A stretch of 64,000 bases of DNA from NCBI GenBank assembly GCA_030704615.1, contig CM060733.1, positions 32,798,001-32,862,000 on the forward strand. Direction: 5' to 3'. A program made the translations under genes and the position numbers. The stretch's first letter is position 1; every line of letters starts with the position of its first letter. The stretch comes from Takakia lepidozioides (taxonomy: Eukaryota > Plantae > Bryophyta). Below, piece by piece: positions 50,401-64,000 of the stretch. The notes beneath the pieces were generated by a model. It did no database searches and had not been told where the DNA came from. It saw nothing but the letters and a program-made list of their open reading frames with translations.

Positions 50401-50801
50401 GACTATCAGTGAAGGGAAATCCACCATAAGAGATTGATAACTATCAGAGAATGGTGGATCACAAGCATTAGTGAGGGCTATCTTTTGACCGAATCAGAGT
50501 GGTTTGGGCCTGCTGCAGATCCAAAATACTGGTCTTGTCTCCCAGTGAACCTCAGGTTGACTGTGAATTTGGAGAATACCCTTCCCTGTACATGTATGGC
50601 AAAAGCCTCCACCGTCTCGGTTGGCAGAGAGGCCACAATATCCAATGGAAGTATTCAAAATTTTCCGCCTAAATTCAAATGTACCCCCTTAAATTGTGAC
50701 GTCCGATTGGGCATTCCACATATGCAGCCCTAGTGTTCATTCCAAGCTGGAATGTGAACAGATTAGGGTAAAAATGATAAGTTACCTAAAGATTACAGAA
50801 A

Positions 50802-51240
50802 TTGTGGTATGGAGTGTCGGCGTACGACGTGTCCAGCCCACGTCTCCAACAATTGTTCACATTGCGCGCCATGTTGTTGTGGTCTATCCACGACTTCCCT
50901 GGATTTGGAATGCTGGCAGGACAAGTTACAAAAGATATGCCGCATGTCATGCATGTGGGCCTAATTGCGATTCAAGGTATTTAAAGGTCGCAAAAATCTT
51001 TTCCTCGGACATAGAAGGTTAATCCCTGACCACCATCCATATAGGAGATCACTTCTGTTCAATGGCAAGTAGGAGCTTAGACCAGCACCTCCTACCATGC
51101 CTGTATCCGAAATTGAGGACGCTGCCAAGGACTATGCAAAAAAGATAGCTGAGGGAGGGACAGTGGGAGGCAAGCATGATCCTTCCAAGAAGCACGGTGT
51201 TAAACGGCGATCCTATTTGTTCAACCTGCCATATTGGAAG
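50802..51240 (+). pseudogene. CACTA TnpD (Transposase_21) fragment
   Basis: FTLRAMLLWSIHDFPGFGMLAGQVTK/YAACHACG, FLGHRRLIPDHHPYRR and KRRSYLFNLPYWK across frameshifts. Confidence 0.85.
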
Positions 51241-51289
51241 GTATAGGGGCAGGGTCAGGTTTCTTGGCATCACTTCCAAATTTAATTCG

Positions 51290-52935
51290 AATGAATTTCG
51301 ATTGATCTCATATTAGTCCGGGGCCTATGAGAGGGTGTACCGAATGGATTGGCAAAGTTTGAAAGCAAATGATTTGGATGGGCAACCATCCGTTCACCCG
51401 TTGAATGAATTCCGTTGGATCTGCTATTACTTTAGGAGCTGTTGGACTGCGTTCCGTGTGCACATGTTTTTTTTTTTTTATTCCGTTTTTGAGCCGTATG
51501 CGTAATGACAACGTATGCAACGTGCGTGCCAAATTTGGGAGTGAACAAAATTCATTTGGACTCAAAACCACAGTTTCTTCCCTGTTTTGCACTGCAAACT
51601 TGATTTGTGTTCTACTTCGTGCACTCTTCATAGAGAGTTATGCAATACTGAGCGAAAAGATTTTATTTATTTATTTATTTATTTTCTTTTCCATTTTTGT
51701 TTGGTCCAAATTTTTGCAGAGGAGTAGCGGTGGGAGGCTTGAAGCCGCAGAACAAAATTGAGCCAAAAATAAAATCAATACATAGCAGAAACCCCCAATC
51801 AAAGGCAGTGTAAACCTAATTATTTGCTTCAAATTCATTTAAATTTAATTAAATTCTCGAATCGGATGAGGGGTGAGCGCGCCGATGGGGAGGCAAATGA
51901 TTTTCTCTTCTGTTGTGTCTCCGCACATGTGTTGGACACATATCCAAGCACATGCGGGCAAAAGTTGGGCTTGAACCACAACCGTCCGTGTACGCATTGC
52001 ATGATTTCTTTTTCGCAATGAACAAAATTGGATGACAGGTGAACGTCTCATTGGCCCATTAAACGAATTTTGATTGATCTCATATTACTTTGGGACCTCT
52101 TAGATGGTACATTAAATATGCTGGCCAAGTCTCAGAGCGAACAAAAATCATTTCGATGGGCAACCATCCGTTGGCCCATTGAACGAATTTTGTTTGATCT
52201 CATATTACTTTGGGATTGTTATGCAATAGTGAGCGAAGAGATTATTTATTTTTCCATTTTTGTTTGGTCCAAATTTTTGCAAGGGAGTAGCGGTGGAAGG
52301 CTTGAAACTGCAGAACAAAATTGAGCCAAAAATAAAATCGATACGCAGTAGAAACCCCCAATCAAAGGAGGTGTAAACCTTTTATTTGCTTCAAATTCAT
52401 TTAAATTTAATTAAATTTTCGAATCGATTGAGGGGTGAATACGCCGATGGGGAGGCAAATGATTTTTTTCTTCTGTTGTGTCTCCGTATATGCATGATTT
52501 TTTTTTCGCAATGAACAAAATTGGATGACAGGTGAACGCCTCATTGGCCCATTGAACGAATTTCGGTGGATCTCAGATTACTCTGGGACCTATCAGATGG
52601 TACATTGAACATGCTGGGGCTAAGTCTCGAAGCAAACGAAAATCATTTCGATTGGCAACCATCCGTTGGCCCATTCAACGAATTTTTGTTTTATCTCATA
52701 TTACTCTGGGACCTCTTAGATGATACATGCAACATATTGGCCAAATCTCAAAACGAACCAAACTCATTTCGATGGGCAACCATCCGTTCAGCCATCGAAT
52801 GAATTTCGTTTCATCTCGTATTAGTCCGGGACCTGATACATGGTGGCAAAGTTTGAAAGCAAACGAAAATCACTTGGATGGTCAACCATTCGATCGCCCA
52901 TTGAATGAATTCGTTTATCTCATATTGGATCAGGA
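51290..52935. repeat. Complex degenerate tandem repeat block
   Basis: Recurrent GATGGGCAACCATCCGTT...CCCATTGAACGAATTT...ATCTCATATTA units and a larger duplication (about 51635-52070 versus 52215-52560). Confidence 0.75.
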
Positions 52936-53436
52936 CTTGTTACATGATATACCTTTTGAGCTCTTTTTGTAGTGTCTCATACTTCGTAATGCAATGCTTC
53001 TCCATGTCCACTTTATCCAATCTGTCGATGTTCTCCTGGAACAGATTCACACATGTGACCCGACCTCCTTAAATAACCAAATGATCATGTAAACTTTATA
53101 AGCCTCATCCACAGCTTTAAGTTCACCATAATTTACGCTTCCTCCGGGAGGTGTCAAATATTAAAATATTATTATTACTTGGAAGCAGTGTGACACAATA
53201 TATGGGTGAAAGTTAATTTCAAAACCCCAAACCTTATTAGATTATACTCATAAGACATTGTTTGCCGTAGCCTTATGGCCATTGACCTCGCGCCCAGTTT
53301 GAACGGAACATAAAAAGACAGAAACTACCTTTGTCAGGGGTTGACACCAGTAGTATAATTTACCTTGGAATAATCATTTGATCCGAGATTTCCAGATATC
53401 CTCCAAAAATCCCTTCACACAAGCATCAATCTGATG

Positions 53437-56400
53437 GAGGTTGGGTAGCATGTGAGCAGGCTCACGCGATCATGAGCTTGCTCACGTGAGCATAAGAGCA
53501 TATTCCAAAAATCCCAGGAATATTCGTTAAATGATTTTGCAGCGAAAAAAAAAAAGTGCAAATTGTTGTGTTCACGCAATCAGACTTGTGCTTACGTGAG
53601 CACAAGTCACTCGAAGTTGCCCAACATAAGTAATATGCGATAGATGTCATCTCCATCAAGGATTTTCATTGCTTAATAGTTTCGTATTTAATCAAGTGCC
53701 GGTGACGCTCGATGCAATCCGTAATCCGCGAGATTAGAATTTTTTCATCCTGTTTTGTCCTCGAAAACATGGATACCGACATACCGCAATAAGCATGAAG
53801 CAATTCGTCAGCGAAATAAAACAACCTTACGTGGTCCCGTAACTGCGAAACCAAAAAGAACTCCATCTATTTCGCCAACGAAAACATTCGATAATGACCA
53901 AAGCAACGGTTAGAGAAGCAATAAGGAAAATGCGAGATGATTATGCTTACTCTCAACTTAGCTGGATTCTCATTACTTGAGATCATAATATTCATATGGA
54001 TTAGATGTCGAAATGGTGAAAATACTTGTAGAGACGATAGCTATAATAAGATAAGCAAGAGATATTGTTTATTGATTTGAGCTGCTCTCGTGTGTCTTCG
54101 TAGAGTACAATTGTTATATTTGATTCCTTGTGCTTGTCAATGTGTGAGTAATGACATCTACAATAATGAAACAATTATCTTTGGGAAACTTCACTTCATA
54201 TGGAGCTTCCGATCATCCACAAACAGTATATAGTCCGAAAAAACCATGAAGCTTCACTAGGCAATATGCCAGGAACCAGCCATTCATATAACTATCAGTA
54301 TCCTAACCCTAAGCCATGTGCTCCAAACTAGAATAATATTTACTGTCGGATGGAGAGTAGAAAGTAGAAGTCGGACAGCAGGTCTGACCCATATGCAAAC
54401 TAACCTCCTCTCATCCCGGTGGAGGTCAGAATCTGCGCAAAAACAAATGGTTAGTAAGAGTTCAAATAATTGTTTTAACCACAAAAGCAAAGAATCAATC
54501 CACTAGATAATACCTCAGAAAGACCTGACCCCCGAATGATCTGGAGATCAATTAGACATTGTGTCCTCTGCATTCTCCGCGAACATATCAACAAAATCAA
54601 GCTGCCCTTCGCGAATGTCAGCCTCACTAATCGGCTTCTCGGATTGAGTTTGCTTATTTTAATTCTATTTTTCTTTGATATTCTCTTTTGAGATAATTTT
54701 GCGAACGATCCTAGATCTTTCCGTGAACACATATATAAATTTAATTCGTTGGCAAAATATCATTTTATAGAGGACCGCGAATTAATTTCGTCGATGAAAT
54801 TGAATCGTGGAGGACGACTCCCACAATATCATATGATTTTTACTCATTTTCTGGAGGGCCCCAAATCAATTTCTCCGGCAAAATTGAACCGGTTAGTACT
54901 ACTCCCACAATATCAGATGGTTTTTACTCATATTATAGAAGGTTGCGGATCAATTTCGTCTGTGAAATTAAATCGTAGAGGACTACCCCCACACTATTAG
55001 ATGGATTTTCTTCATTTTATGGAGAGCCACGAATGAATTTCGCCGACGAAACTGAATTGTGAAGTACTACTCCTCTTATAACAGATAATTTTCACTCATT
55101 TTATTGAGGATCGCGATCAATTTCGCTGGCGAAATTAAATCGCGAAGGACTACTCGCACAATATTAGATGGTTTTTACTCATTTTATGGAGGACGAATCA
55201 ATTTTGCCAACGAAATTGAATCTTGGAGTACTATTTCCACATTATCATATGGTTTTCACTTATTTTATGATGGGCTGCGAATCAATTTCGTCGGTGAAAT
55301 TGATTTATTTTATTTATTTTGAAATCTTGAAATACTACTCCCACAATATCAGATGGTTTTACTCATTTTATGGAGGGTTGCGAATCAATTTCGTCGGCGA
55401 AATTGAATCTTGGAGTAATACTTCACAATATCATATGGTTTTTACTCATTTAATAGAGTGTTGCGAATCAATTTCGCCGGCGAAATGGAATTGTATAGTA
55501 TTAGGTTCTCGGTATCATCTAATGTTGGAGGACACGATACCAGCTTTAGCTAATTCAGAAAAGATTGAGAAAATATTTCACCGACAAATTGCATAGTATA
55601 GTATTACGACCTCAATATCATCTACTGTTGGAGGTAACAACAATACATTTTTCTTCATCTGTTCATTCTATTGTTTCTTGATATTCTCATTTGAGATCAT
55701 TTCACAAATGAAACAGTTTGTGGATCCTCGCGTAAATATATATATTGAAATAATTTCGTCGGTGAAATATCGATTTATGAAGGACTGAGAATCTATTTCG
55801 ACGGTGAAATTGAATAGTAGGGAACTACTTTTTCAATATCATTTAATGTTGGAGGACACGAAACTACCTTTTCGTCTTCTGTTGATTCTATTGTCTTGAT
55901 ATTCTCATTTGAGATCATTTCACAAACGAAACAATTTGTGGATCCTCGCATGAACACAAATATTGAAATAATTTCGTCGGCCAAATATCGATTTTATGAA
56001 AAACTGAGAATCCATTTCGACAGCGAAATTGAATAGTATAGAATTACTTTCTTAATATCATTTAATGTTGGAGGACACCAAACTACATTTGTTTTCTTCT
56101 TTTGAATCTAGTTTTATCTGGTATTCTCCTTTGAGATCATTTCGCGAACGAAACAGTTTGTGGGTTGTTGCTTGGATATAGATTTTTTAAATGATTTCGT
56201 AGGTGAAATATTGTTGTATCATCATTTTATCATTTTATAAAGGAATGAGGATCATTTGGACCTAACTGTATATTGGTTGTCATCCCCTTAATTGATATTT
56301 GTGCAAGAGATATGGAGCATATGTCGATGGCCGTTTCTTTCTTTCAATGTTAGAAACCTATATGTTTTACATGATAATTCCTTGAGAGCAACTCTATTTG

Positions 56401-56908
56401 TTGCAGTCTGTTTGCAATCACATTCCAACTCTATTCATATTGAGAAATATTCATTTCATTGCTCTTGTTCTATTCAGTATGCAATACTGAGACGATGCTT
56501 TTGAGAAGTTAATAAGATAATGTTACCTTCAGGATGACCTGCAATGGCCTCTTGCACCATTGATTGCACAGGTGCTTGGATATCCCGCAAAGCATTACAG
56601 ATCAGTCTTTGGACTTACATTGCTTTAATTATACTACTTTGTACCTTAGAGCTCCACTCTAGTTATATTTCTAAGAGCTTGCAGGAGCTTGGAGCTTGTA
56701 CATATACATTAGGGGTGTTGCAATAGGGTTTAGGGTTTATGGACATAATTAGGGACAGAGATAGGCACAGAAATAGGCACACAACAAACAATTTCACTAT
56801 TCACGTGAATTCTATTTCCGTGGAAACTTGTGTACCCTATTGCCGTATTTTGTGCTCACGTGAACCATGCTCACCGGCTCACCGCTGTGCTCACGTCTTA
56901 CCAACCCC
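53437..56908. mobile_element. Non-autonomous MULE-like element (3.5 kb)
   Basis: TIR GAGGTTGGGTAGCATGTGAGC versus GGGGTTGGTAAGACGTGAGC; 9-bp TSD AATCTGATG/CATCTGATG; an uninterrupted paralogous site lies at about 59135-59235 (minus). Confidence 0.8.
54784..55490. repeat. About 84-bp tandem array with an imperfect palindromic core AATTTCGYCGRCGAAATT
   Basis: Cores at 54784, 54868, 54952, 55036, 55119, 55200, 55284, 55387, 55470; longer related units continue to about 56210. Confidence 0.88.
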
Positions 56909-57205
56909 CATCTGATGTGTGTGATTTGCCCAATAGCTAGACCCCAAAAGGGCTTGGGCTTTTGGCTCAGCCTCAAGATTTTCAAAGTTGTTAAATAGAG
57001 GTACAGGCACAATTCCCTTGATGGAATTGAAGAGGGTGTCCTTACTAGAGGTTGTGCCTTGATGGACTTGAAGAGGGTGTCCTTATTAGAGGGTGTAACC
57101 TCACAGCTTCAACAAATGGCTCTTGGCCAAACACACTTGAACACCTAGGGTATGAGCTCCTCCTCACCCTAGTCTCTCAAAACACAAACTAATCTTTCTT
57201 CGGCG

Positions 57206-57932
57206 AGAGTTATCCGTAAAGTGAGCCTGAGTTTGGTACCTAGTTTGGTCCCCATTTTCTCACCTCATCTCGAGTTTGAGTAAATCCGCAAAGTTCAGAA
57301 AACTGGGCACGAAGTCCGAAAAGACGGTACCAGATCAAAAACTGGGGATGAGGGCAATGGCTGCTTCATCTGACTTTTGAGTGCTAGGGTTTAATGACTA
57401 AGAGGCTCTGTGGCATTCAGGCAACATGGACTCCTCGTCATCTTCCTCAAGTGATGATAGCTCATGTTCTTCAAGAGATGATGATCTGTTCGACGACATG
57501 GAGAGAGATGCTTCCATGTTTCTTCAAGCTGCGCTAATTGCTTCTAGTTCAGCAGATTTGTTCAATTCTAACGAGGGCTATGGGCAGTCCGTGAACCGAT
57601 AGGTTGGAGTTGAAAAGAGAGCACCAGCAGTGCCCACAATTCCCCACCGCACGCACTCCAATCTGCAAATGACCACACCCAAATCGACAAGAAGGTGCTC
57701 CACAGATGTGTCACCTCCGGAAAATAGCTATGGCGCGAGCTTGTGATGACTCCTCGACGAGGAACAAAACTCGCGTCCAAACTCCCGCCTCGACCATTTC
57801 CCTATGTCCTAGCAGTTCGGTCCCGTGTTTTGTCCTAATGGTACCCTCATGTCCGAGTTTTGAGTCTCATGCCCAGTTTTGGCCAAACTCAGGGTTCTCA
57901 TGCCGAGTTTGGGATCCTTTCCGGATAACTCT
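57206..57932. mobile_element. Small TIR element of uncertain superfamily
   Basis: AGAGTTATCCGTAAAG / CTTTCCGGATAACTCT; internal Ser/Asp-rich coding relic; no clear TSD. Confidence 0.5.
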
Positions 57933-58198
57933 ATTGTGTGAGATTTCTATATGATGTTTTTCGGGGACTCTCAAGGCTAGCATTTATCCAGGTTTAACTA
58001 TCTTCAGCAATGACTTTGGATTGTCTATAAAAGTAGAAGCAGTGCATTCCAGCTCTGTCCGTTTCTTCCAAACAAGAGATGGTTTAGAGGGATTTCTACT
58101 CCTGAAAAATAGTTTAGAATCGTAGTAAAGGGATACCAAAAATATATCCTTAGATTTCAAAGAAGGATTTCCTCATCTGAAAAAACATTTTATCCTTT

Positions 58199-61100
58199 TT
58201 ACTGAGATAATGTGCTAATCTGATGCCGTGTAAGACGGGCATACTCTCCATCTAATCTAAGCAATTCGTCATGGCTCCCCATCTGCAAGCACCCAGCAAA
58301 GACACAAGGAAGTTCAAAGATGGTTGGGTAAAAACATTATGGCTCCTTACAGTTCCAGGTATATCCTCTAACCTCTTGGACTACTAATATTACCGCTGGT
58401 CAGCAATGACCGCTATGCAATATGTTCGAATATCTGTAACGTAATTTGTTCATTAACAGACACAGTAGCTGTCAAGATTGAAACAAGATTCAGCCCATAT
58501 GTTACTTGTAGGGCATAAATATTTTTTACAAGTGTTTCTCTATACTTGTGTATCTAAAGATATAAAATGTATCACACTAAGAATAGTACAATACAAAATG
58601 GCCCATTGAAAATGTATACTGTACCGAACACAAGCACTTAAGTCATCCGATCAGAAGGTAGAAGATGGTCTCAAACTGCAGTAACAAGCTCCTAACTTCC
58701 ACTTTCATTCTTTCACCATGTTTGATGTCTCCACACCGAAGTGCAGTTACAGGTCAGCTCACAAATACAGATGAAGTGCCCCAGGAAACTAACCTCTGCA
58801 ATTTTCCCATGCTGCATGACCACAATGCGATTGGCAGACCGTATGGTTGACAACCTGGATACCACAAGACTCTGCCTGAGTTAGCAAGCCGTTGACAACA
58901 GATCACATTCCAGCTTCAATATTTGATTTTTTTGTGTCTTGTACCTGTGAGCAATGACCAGAACCGTGCGGTGTTGTTTACCATCTCCACGCATTGCACC
59001 ATCTAATGCTTTCTGAGTACAAGAAACCACCACCATTCTCAAGTCAAGTCAATGAGTACATTCACTTCAAGAATAGCCAGCAGAAACCAGTATATCCTCC
59101 CCACCAACCCCCTTCCTCTCTTTCTCTCTTGGGCTTGCCCAGGCCCTTTTGGGGCCTAGTTATTAGGCAAACCACACAAAGCAGATTGATGCTTGTGTGA
59201 AGGGATTTCTAAGGATATCTGGAAAACTCGGATTAATTGTCTGTTCCAAGGTAAGTCATACTACCGGTGTCAGCCCCTGACAAAGGTAGTTTCTGTCCCT
59301 TTGTGTTCCGCTCAAACTGAGCGCGGGGTCAATGGCCACAAGGCTACGGAAAACAGCGTCTTATGCGTACATTCTATTGGGCTTGCTTGCCCCGTGGATG
59401 TGAAGAAGCTGCTCCTTTCTTCCTTTCTCTGTACCCTCACTGAGCAATCATTGTGATAATGATTGCCCCTCAGTAAAACAACACCTTGCATTGGGCCTAG
59501 TTCACTGACAGAGACAAGGCTACCAGGAGTGGTCATTTCCTGCCTTCACCTGGCTCCAGCTTGTCTTCGAATGACACATGACTACGATGAAAGCAGTCTC
59601 TATGTACGACACACATGAACTTTGAAGGAAAAATCATCACCTGCACTAGGTGTTCACTCTCTGCATCAAGTGCACTCGTGGCCTCGTCCAGGATCAAAAT
59701 ATTTGGATCCCTTATCAGTGCTCTTGCAATTGCAACGCGCTGTTTCTGACCCCCACTCAGTCGTGCATTGTCAACCATAGTTTTGTAGCCATCTGGCAAC
59801 GAAATGATGAAGTCATGGGCATTGGCCTGCTTTGCAGCCCTCTCAATCTCAAGTTGACTCACTTTTCTGCCACACCCATATGCAATATTGGATGCAATGT
59901 CCATGCTGAAGAGTCGAGGCTCCTGCGTGACAGATCAAAAAGCATATTTATCAGGAAGAAGATGAGAGGGAGACAGATTCCAAAAGATGTGCATTGTTAC
60001 ATTAGAGATTTCAAAACAGCACCAATGAGGGCTCCAGTTTATTCCTCACAACGTAGAACCTGCAATGGGAGCATTTCATGGCTGCTAACACTAAATATCT
60101 TCAGATACACGAAATCACCCTTATTAGAAACTCATACCTGGCTCACGACTCCAAGTTGCCGCCTAAACCATTTGATGTCCAGATCTGTAAGAGGAACACC
60201 ATCTACCAATATCTGCGAAGCCAATAGCCCCAAGGCAGACAAAGTAGATTAATTTGTGGGAAACACAAAATATCCACATATATCTACACAGATGGGCAGA
60301 GATGTACAGATGACTCAAGAGGCTCACCTGGCCACCAGTCGGCTCATAGAGGCGAAGAAGCAGACCAACTAGCGTACTTTTTCCACTGCCGCTGAGACCA
60401 ACCTGTTTGTAGAAGTGCCCATTCAATGCCTTATAAGTGGGGGTTTGGGACTGGAGATCCCTTCTAATAGCAATCTTGTGACTAAGGCTTAGGAGTCTTG
60501 GTTTCCAAGCCTAATTGATCTAGCATGGGAAGTCTACATGTCTACACTCTAACATACACAGAGACAATGCATGAGTAAATCACATCGATAAAACCTGGGT
60601 ATCTGCATGTGCGATAGACAGACATACCACAGCGACAAGCTCACCGGGAAACACCGAGAGGTTCACATTCTGCAACACCTGAGCCTGCAGAACAAGCACC
60701 GAAAGAGGACCCATGCTTGTTAAATTCAAAATCAAACTTGCATTGCCAAAATGACTTTGCAGACAGACTGACTGATGGTGAATTAGAGTAGTTATCTAAC
60801 CAAGTTGGATTTTAGAAGATCAATGTGCTAGCAACATCTACTAGCAGCTTTACATAGTGGGAGGAAGATCGGCAATCCCACACAACCAAACCATTCTTTA
60901 AAGCTGCATTTGGTTTTTCTTGCATTTGGTAGTATCCTCCTTGAGGATTTTTCCATGTGGATTTCAGTCAGCAGTAAATCTGTAGTCCACCCAGCTTGCA
61001 AAATACAGCCATTCATCCAGTAACATAATTGAGTTGGTGAATCCCCCAGTCTGGTTCTAGCATGCCTACCGAAATGTGATGCACTAGCATTTGAACAATG

Positions 61101-64000
61101 ATGCTTACCTTGGGCCGAGTAGGGTAACTGAAAGAGACATCAGTAAATTGAATGCGCCCTTTTACTTCTGGCAGCTTAAGCCCTGGTCCATCCAAGATGA
61201 GAGTTTTGGTGAAGAATATAGATGGCACTCCTCATAAACAAGCCAACTGACAGTTGCTAAGCGAAGTCTTACCAGATCAACCAAAGACTGCCAAAAAATC
61301 GTTACAGCTCTCAATCTGCAGAAAACCATTGAGGTGCAAGTGATAGTACCCCGGGGCCAAATGGAGTTTTTGTTCAAGGAGCAGGTTCCACTGATGAGTA
61401 TGCACCAAAACTTACCTTGAGCAGACAGCTGTTGGCTGGGTGGTAGGTCCAAGAGCTGGAAGACCTTCTCACTGGCTCCAATTGCCTGCATTAGAGAGGC
61501 CCAATGATCGCCAACCCACCAGGTAGAATGCACAACCCACTCCGAATAAAGAATGAACTTTGTCAGCTGCTCAGCCGTGATGAGGCCTGCCATCACGTAC
61601 CCCCCACCAATAACCAAGGCCACCACCTACAAAACCAGGCCCTGGACATAAGAACACTGCATTGAGATTCTCTTCACCTTAGACTCACCTTCTGCATGCA
61701 TTTTTTGTTCAAGTGAGCATATGAAAGTAGGAGAGAGGAGTTGCCTTTACTCGTTTGCATTGCCGCAGCATAGCAGATGGGAGTGGCCAAGGAAATTGTG
61801 GACCTTCAGATGTACAGGGTTTGTAAATAGTGAACTGTGAAATGTAGATGTGTAGATCATGGGATAGTGCCCACCCCAAAAGGGGGCAGTAGCCGCAGGG
61901 TGAAATGGCTCTCTAGTTACTCTGGCTTTGGCCGGAGTCTTCTCTCTAGGTCATGGGACTCTGGAGTGAAGGCTGCAGAACTCCTTGGAACTGAGAAATA
62001 ATTATGGATTTGTGAAACAGTAGAAAATTTGTCAATTTGTGAGGGAACTGTAGAATTGGCAAGCAATGGAAGAGATGTGGATTTGTGGGCCACTCAAGAA
62101 AGTTTGAATAACCCTAATTTCTGCATTGTCGGATAACACAAAATTTTGGATTTACAGGCCTGTGGAGGAGTTCGGGGATTAGGCGAGCACTGGAAGAGGT
62201 GTAGCTATGTGGACACCTATGGAATATGCACTTGCAATATTGCCAATTGTTCATTTTCATTGAAAAATACATTAGAAACTGTGGATTGAAATGTGGGGGC
62301 GGCCGGCTGAAATTGCATAGTAGACATTTATGGGGTTTAAGTGGACCCAATTTTAGACCAAGACATCGAGGCTTGGTTTTCTGCAGTGGGTGTATGTGAG
62401 TGTAAGCAATCCATAACAGAAGACCAATCGCAAAGCAGGTAACCCCAATTGAAAAGCTGTAGTAAGTCTACAGACATGAGTGAATATTCAATTGAAAGGC
62501 CAAACCTGAGTAGCATTGTACAGCGTATTGGAGCTCCATGTCCAGAAACCATAAGCAACATTCTGCCGGAAGTTGATCTCCACCAGCCTCTTTGACCACT
62601 TACTATATCTGCTCTACAGCACATTCAGCAGATTTCATTACTCCACAAATGATCAATATCAGGGAAGGAAGCCTGCCATTGACAAATTGCATATTCCATC
62701 AAAACTTCGTACAAGGTTTGCACTGACGTATACAGCAAGCTCTGGTTCTAATATAAGCTAGTCAGGCCAACTGTCCCTTACTTAATATGACATGCCCATG
62801 TTATGAGTACATCCATAGACATTTGCAAGGGAATGCTGTTATTCAGTGTGGGAAACACTCAGGGAGCCCCGGATCCCACAGGACCATGATACTCTTGCAA
62901 GGCAGTTCTGCAATTTGTGCTTTCCCTTTGGCAGCTCTCAATCTCCTCCATCAATTGGTCTACATGCTCCTATCTTGTTCCTGTGTTTATGATGGGTTGA
63001 TTGTATTTAACGTGAAATGTACTTTGCTATCTGTCTACACCTTCCGCATTCTCCTCCTGCTCCCTTGCCTTCCTCTCTGTCATCACCCGCTCTACTATGT
63101 CATCAAGCCCCTTGATGTATCCCCAGAACAGCAGTCACCATCTCAGTAGAACGCTCAGTAACACTATCAGAAAGATTTCACCACTAATAAGGGAGGAAAA
63201 AGGCAGAATTAGGGACCTGGCCACTTCTTCTTTCTCAGTGCCAAATGTCCGCACCACCCTGGCCAAGGATAAAGTTTCTTCTGCAACCTGTGGAACAAAA
63301 ACCCCTCGCCACGGCAAGTCAATGGCCACCTATTTACTGCATGTCCCTCCTCCCTCACAATAATGTACAAACCTTATGCCAACACCATACTTGGTGTCCA
63401 AGCTAAACTGACCAAACATCGATTTAGAGCCAAATACCACTTCGAGTGAGGATCACCTCATTGGCTGATGCCACAGAGTCCTGAGCTGCCTTCGCTGTTC
63501 TTTTCTGGTACCTGGCACAAGACACCATACTCTCAAGTCAATCACTGCACAAGAGCAACCAGGATACTTTTGTTAGTAAATATTCTTGAGGTAAATTATA
63601 CAACTGCAGATGATGTGAACTCCTCGTGTAGAAGAAATAGCAATCTTGCAAATTTGACAGCAGAATTGGTAGTATGAGGAAGGCCAAAGTGTTGCAAAAC
63701 AGGGAGTTAACCACAAACCGGCCATATATGCGCATGAAGCACCACATAAGACTGCAGATGAGGACTGTGGTCAGAGCCAGCTGCCATGACAGTGTCATCA
63801 AATACACCAATGCTCCAATTCCCTGCATCACCCAGGTAACATATATCAGATGACTATTTACAACCAAATAAAGCAGCTGCTAGGAAGCCCACTGAAAGTG
63901 TCAAGCAATGAAGTGGAATAGTATCCACACGCTCAATGCACGGGTTAAAATTTACACTCATTTCTGCATACTCGTATCATGGGCTAAATTCCACCTACCC
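58199..64000 (-). CDS. ABCB half-transporter (ABCB26/TAP1-like), 3' exons; 5' end lies beyond the window
   Basis: GT-AG exons give [18 protein letters not shown], Walker [49 protein letters not shown]; last exon 58282-58199 ends in TAA. Confidence 0.93.

Overview
Eukaryotic nuclear DNA from a land plant, probably a non-seed plant (inferred from the chromoviral Gypsy elements, intronless PLS-DYW PPR gene and nuclear atpG). Host genes are a DYW-type PPR editing factor (24959-27484), chloroplast ATP synthase subunit b' (46648-47421, minus) and the 3' part of a multi-exon ABCB26/TAP1-like half transporter (58199->64000, minus), plus relic exons of a P-II gene and a DUF1218 gene. Most of the rest is transposon-derived: two decayed chromodomain Gypsy copies, a solo LTR, a 5'-inverted LINE, hAT/Tourist/CACTA MITEs and a CACTA transposase relic. 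The most notable object is an 11.6-kb Mutator-like element (9066-20676; imperfect TIRs, exact 9-bp TSD CTTTGAAAA) nested in the transposase of a second, ULP1-carrying MULE. Besides its own GCM/DDE/SWIM transposase it carries a divergent, intron-containing gene that fuses a ParB/Srx-like domain (DGNHR) to a beta-class N4/N6 DNA amino-methyltransferase. Two introns of that gene hold 14 copies of a 22-bp palindrome spaced at near-multiples of one helical turn. This copy is pseudogenised, but the layout suggests a transposon-borne DNA-modification or anti-silencing module. All family assignments come from motif recognition by eye; no searches were run.
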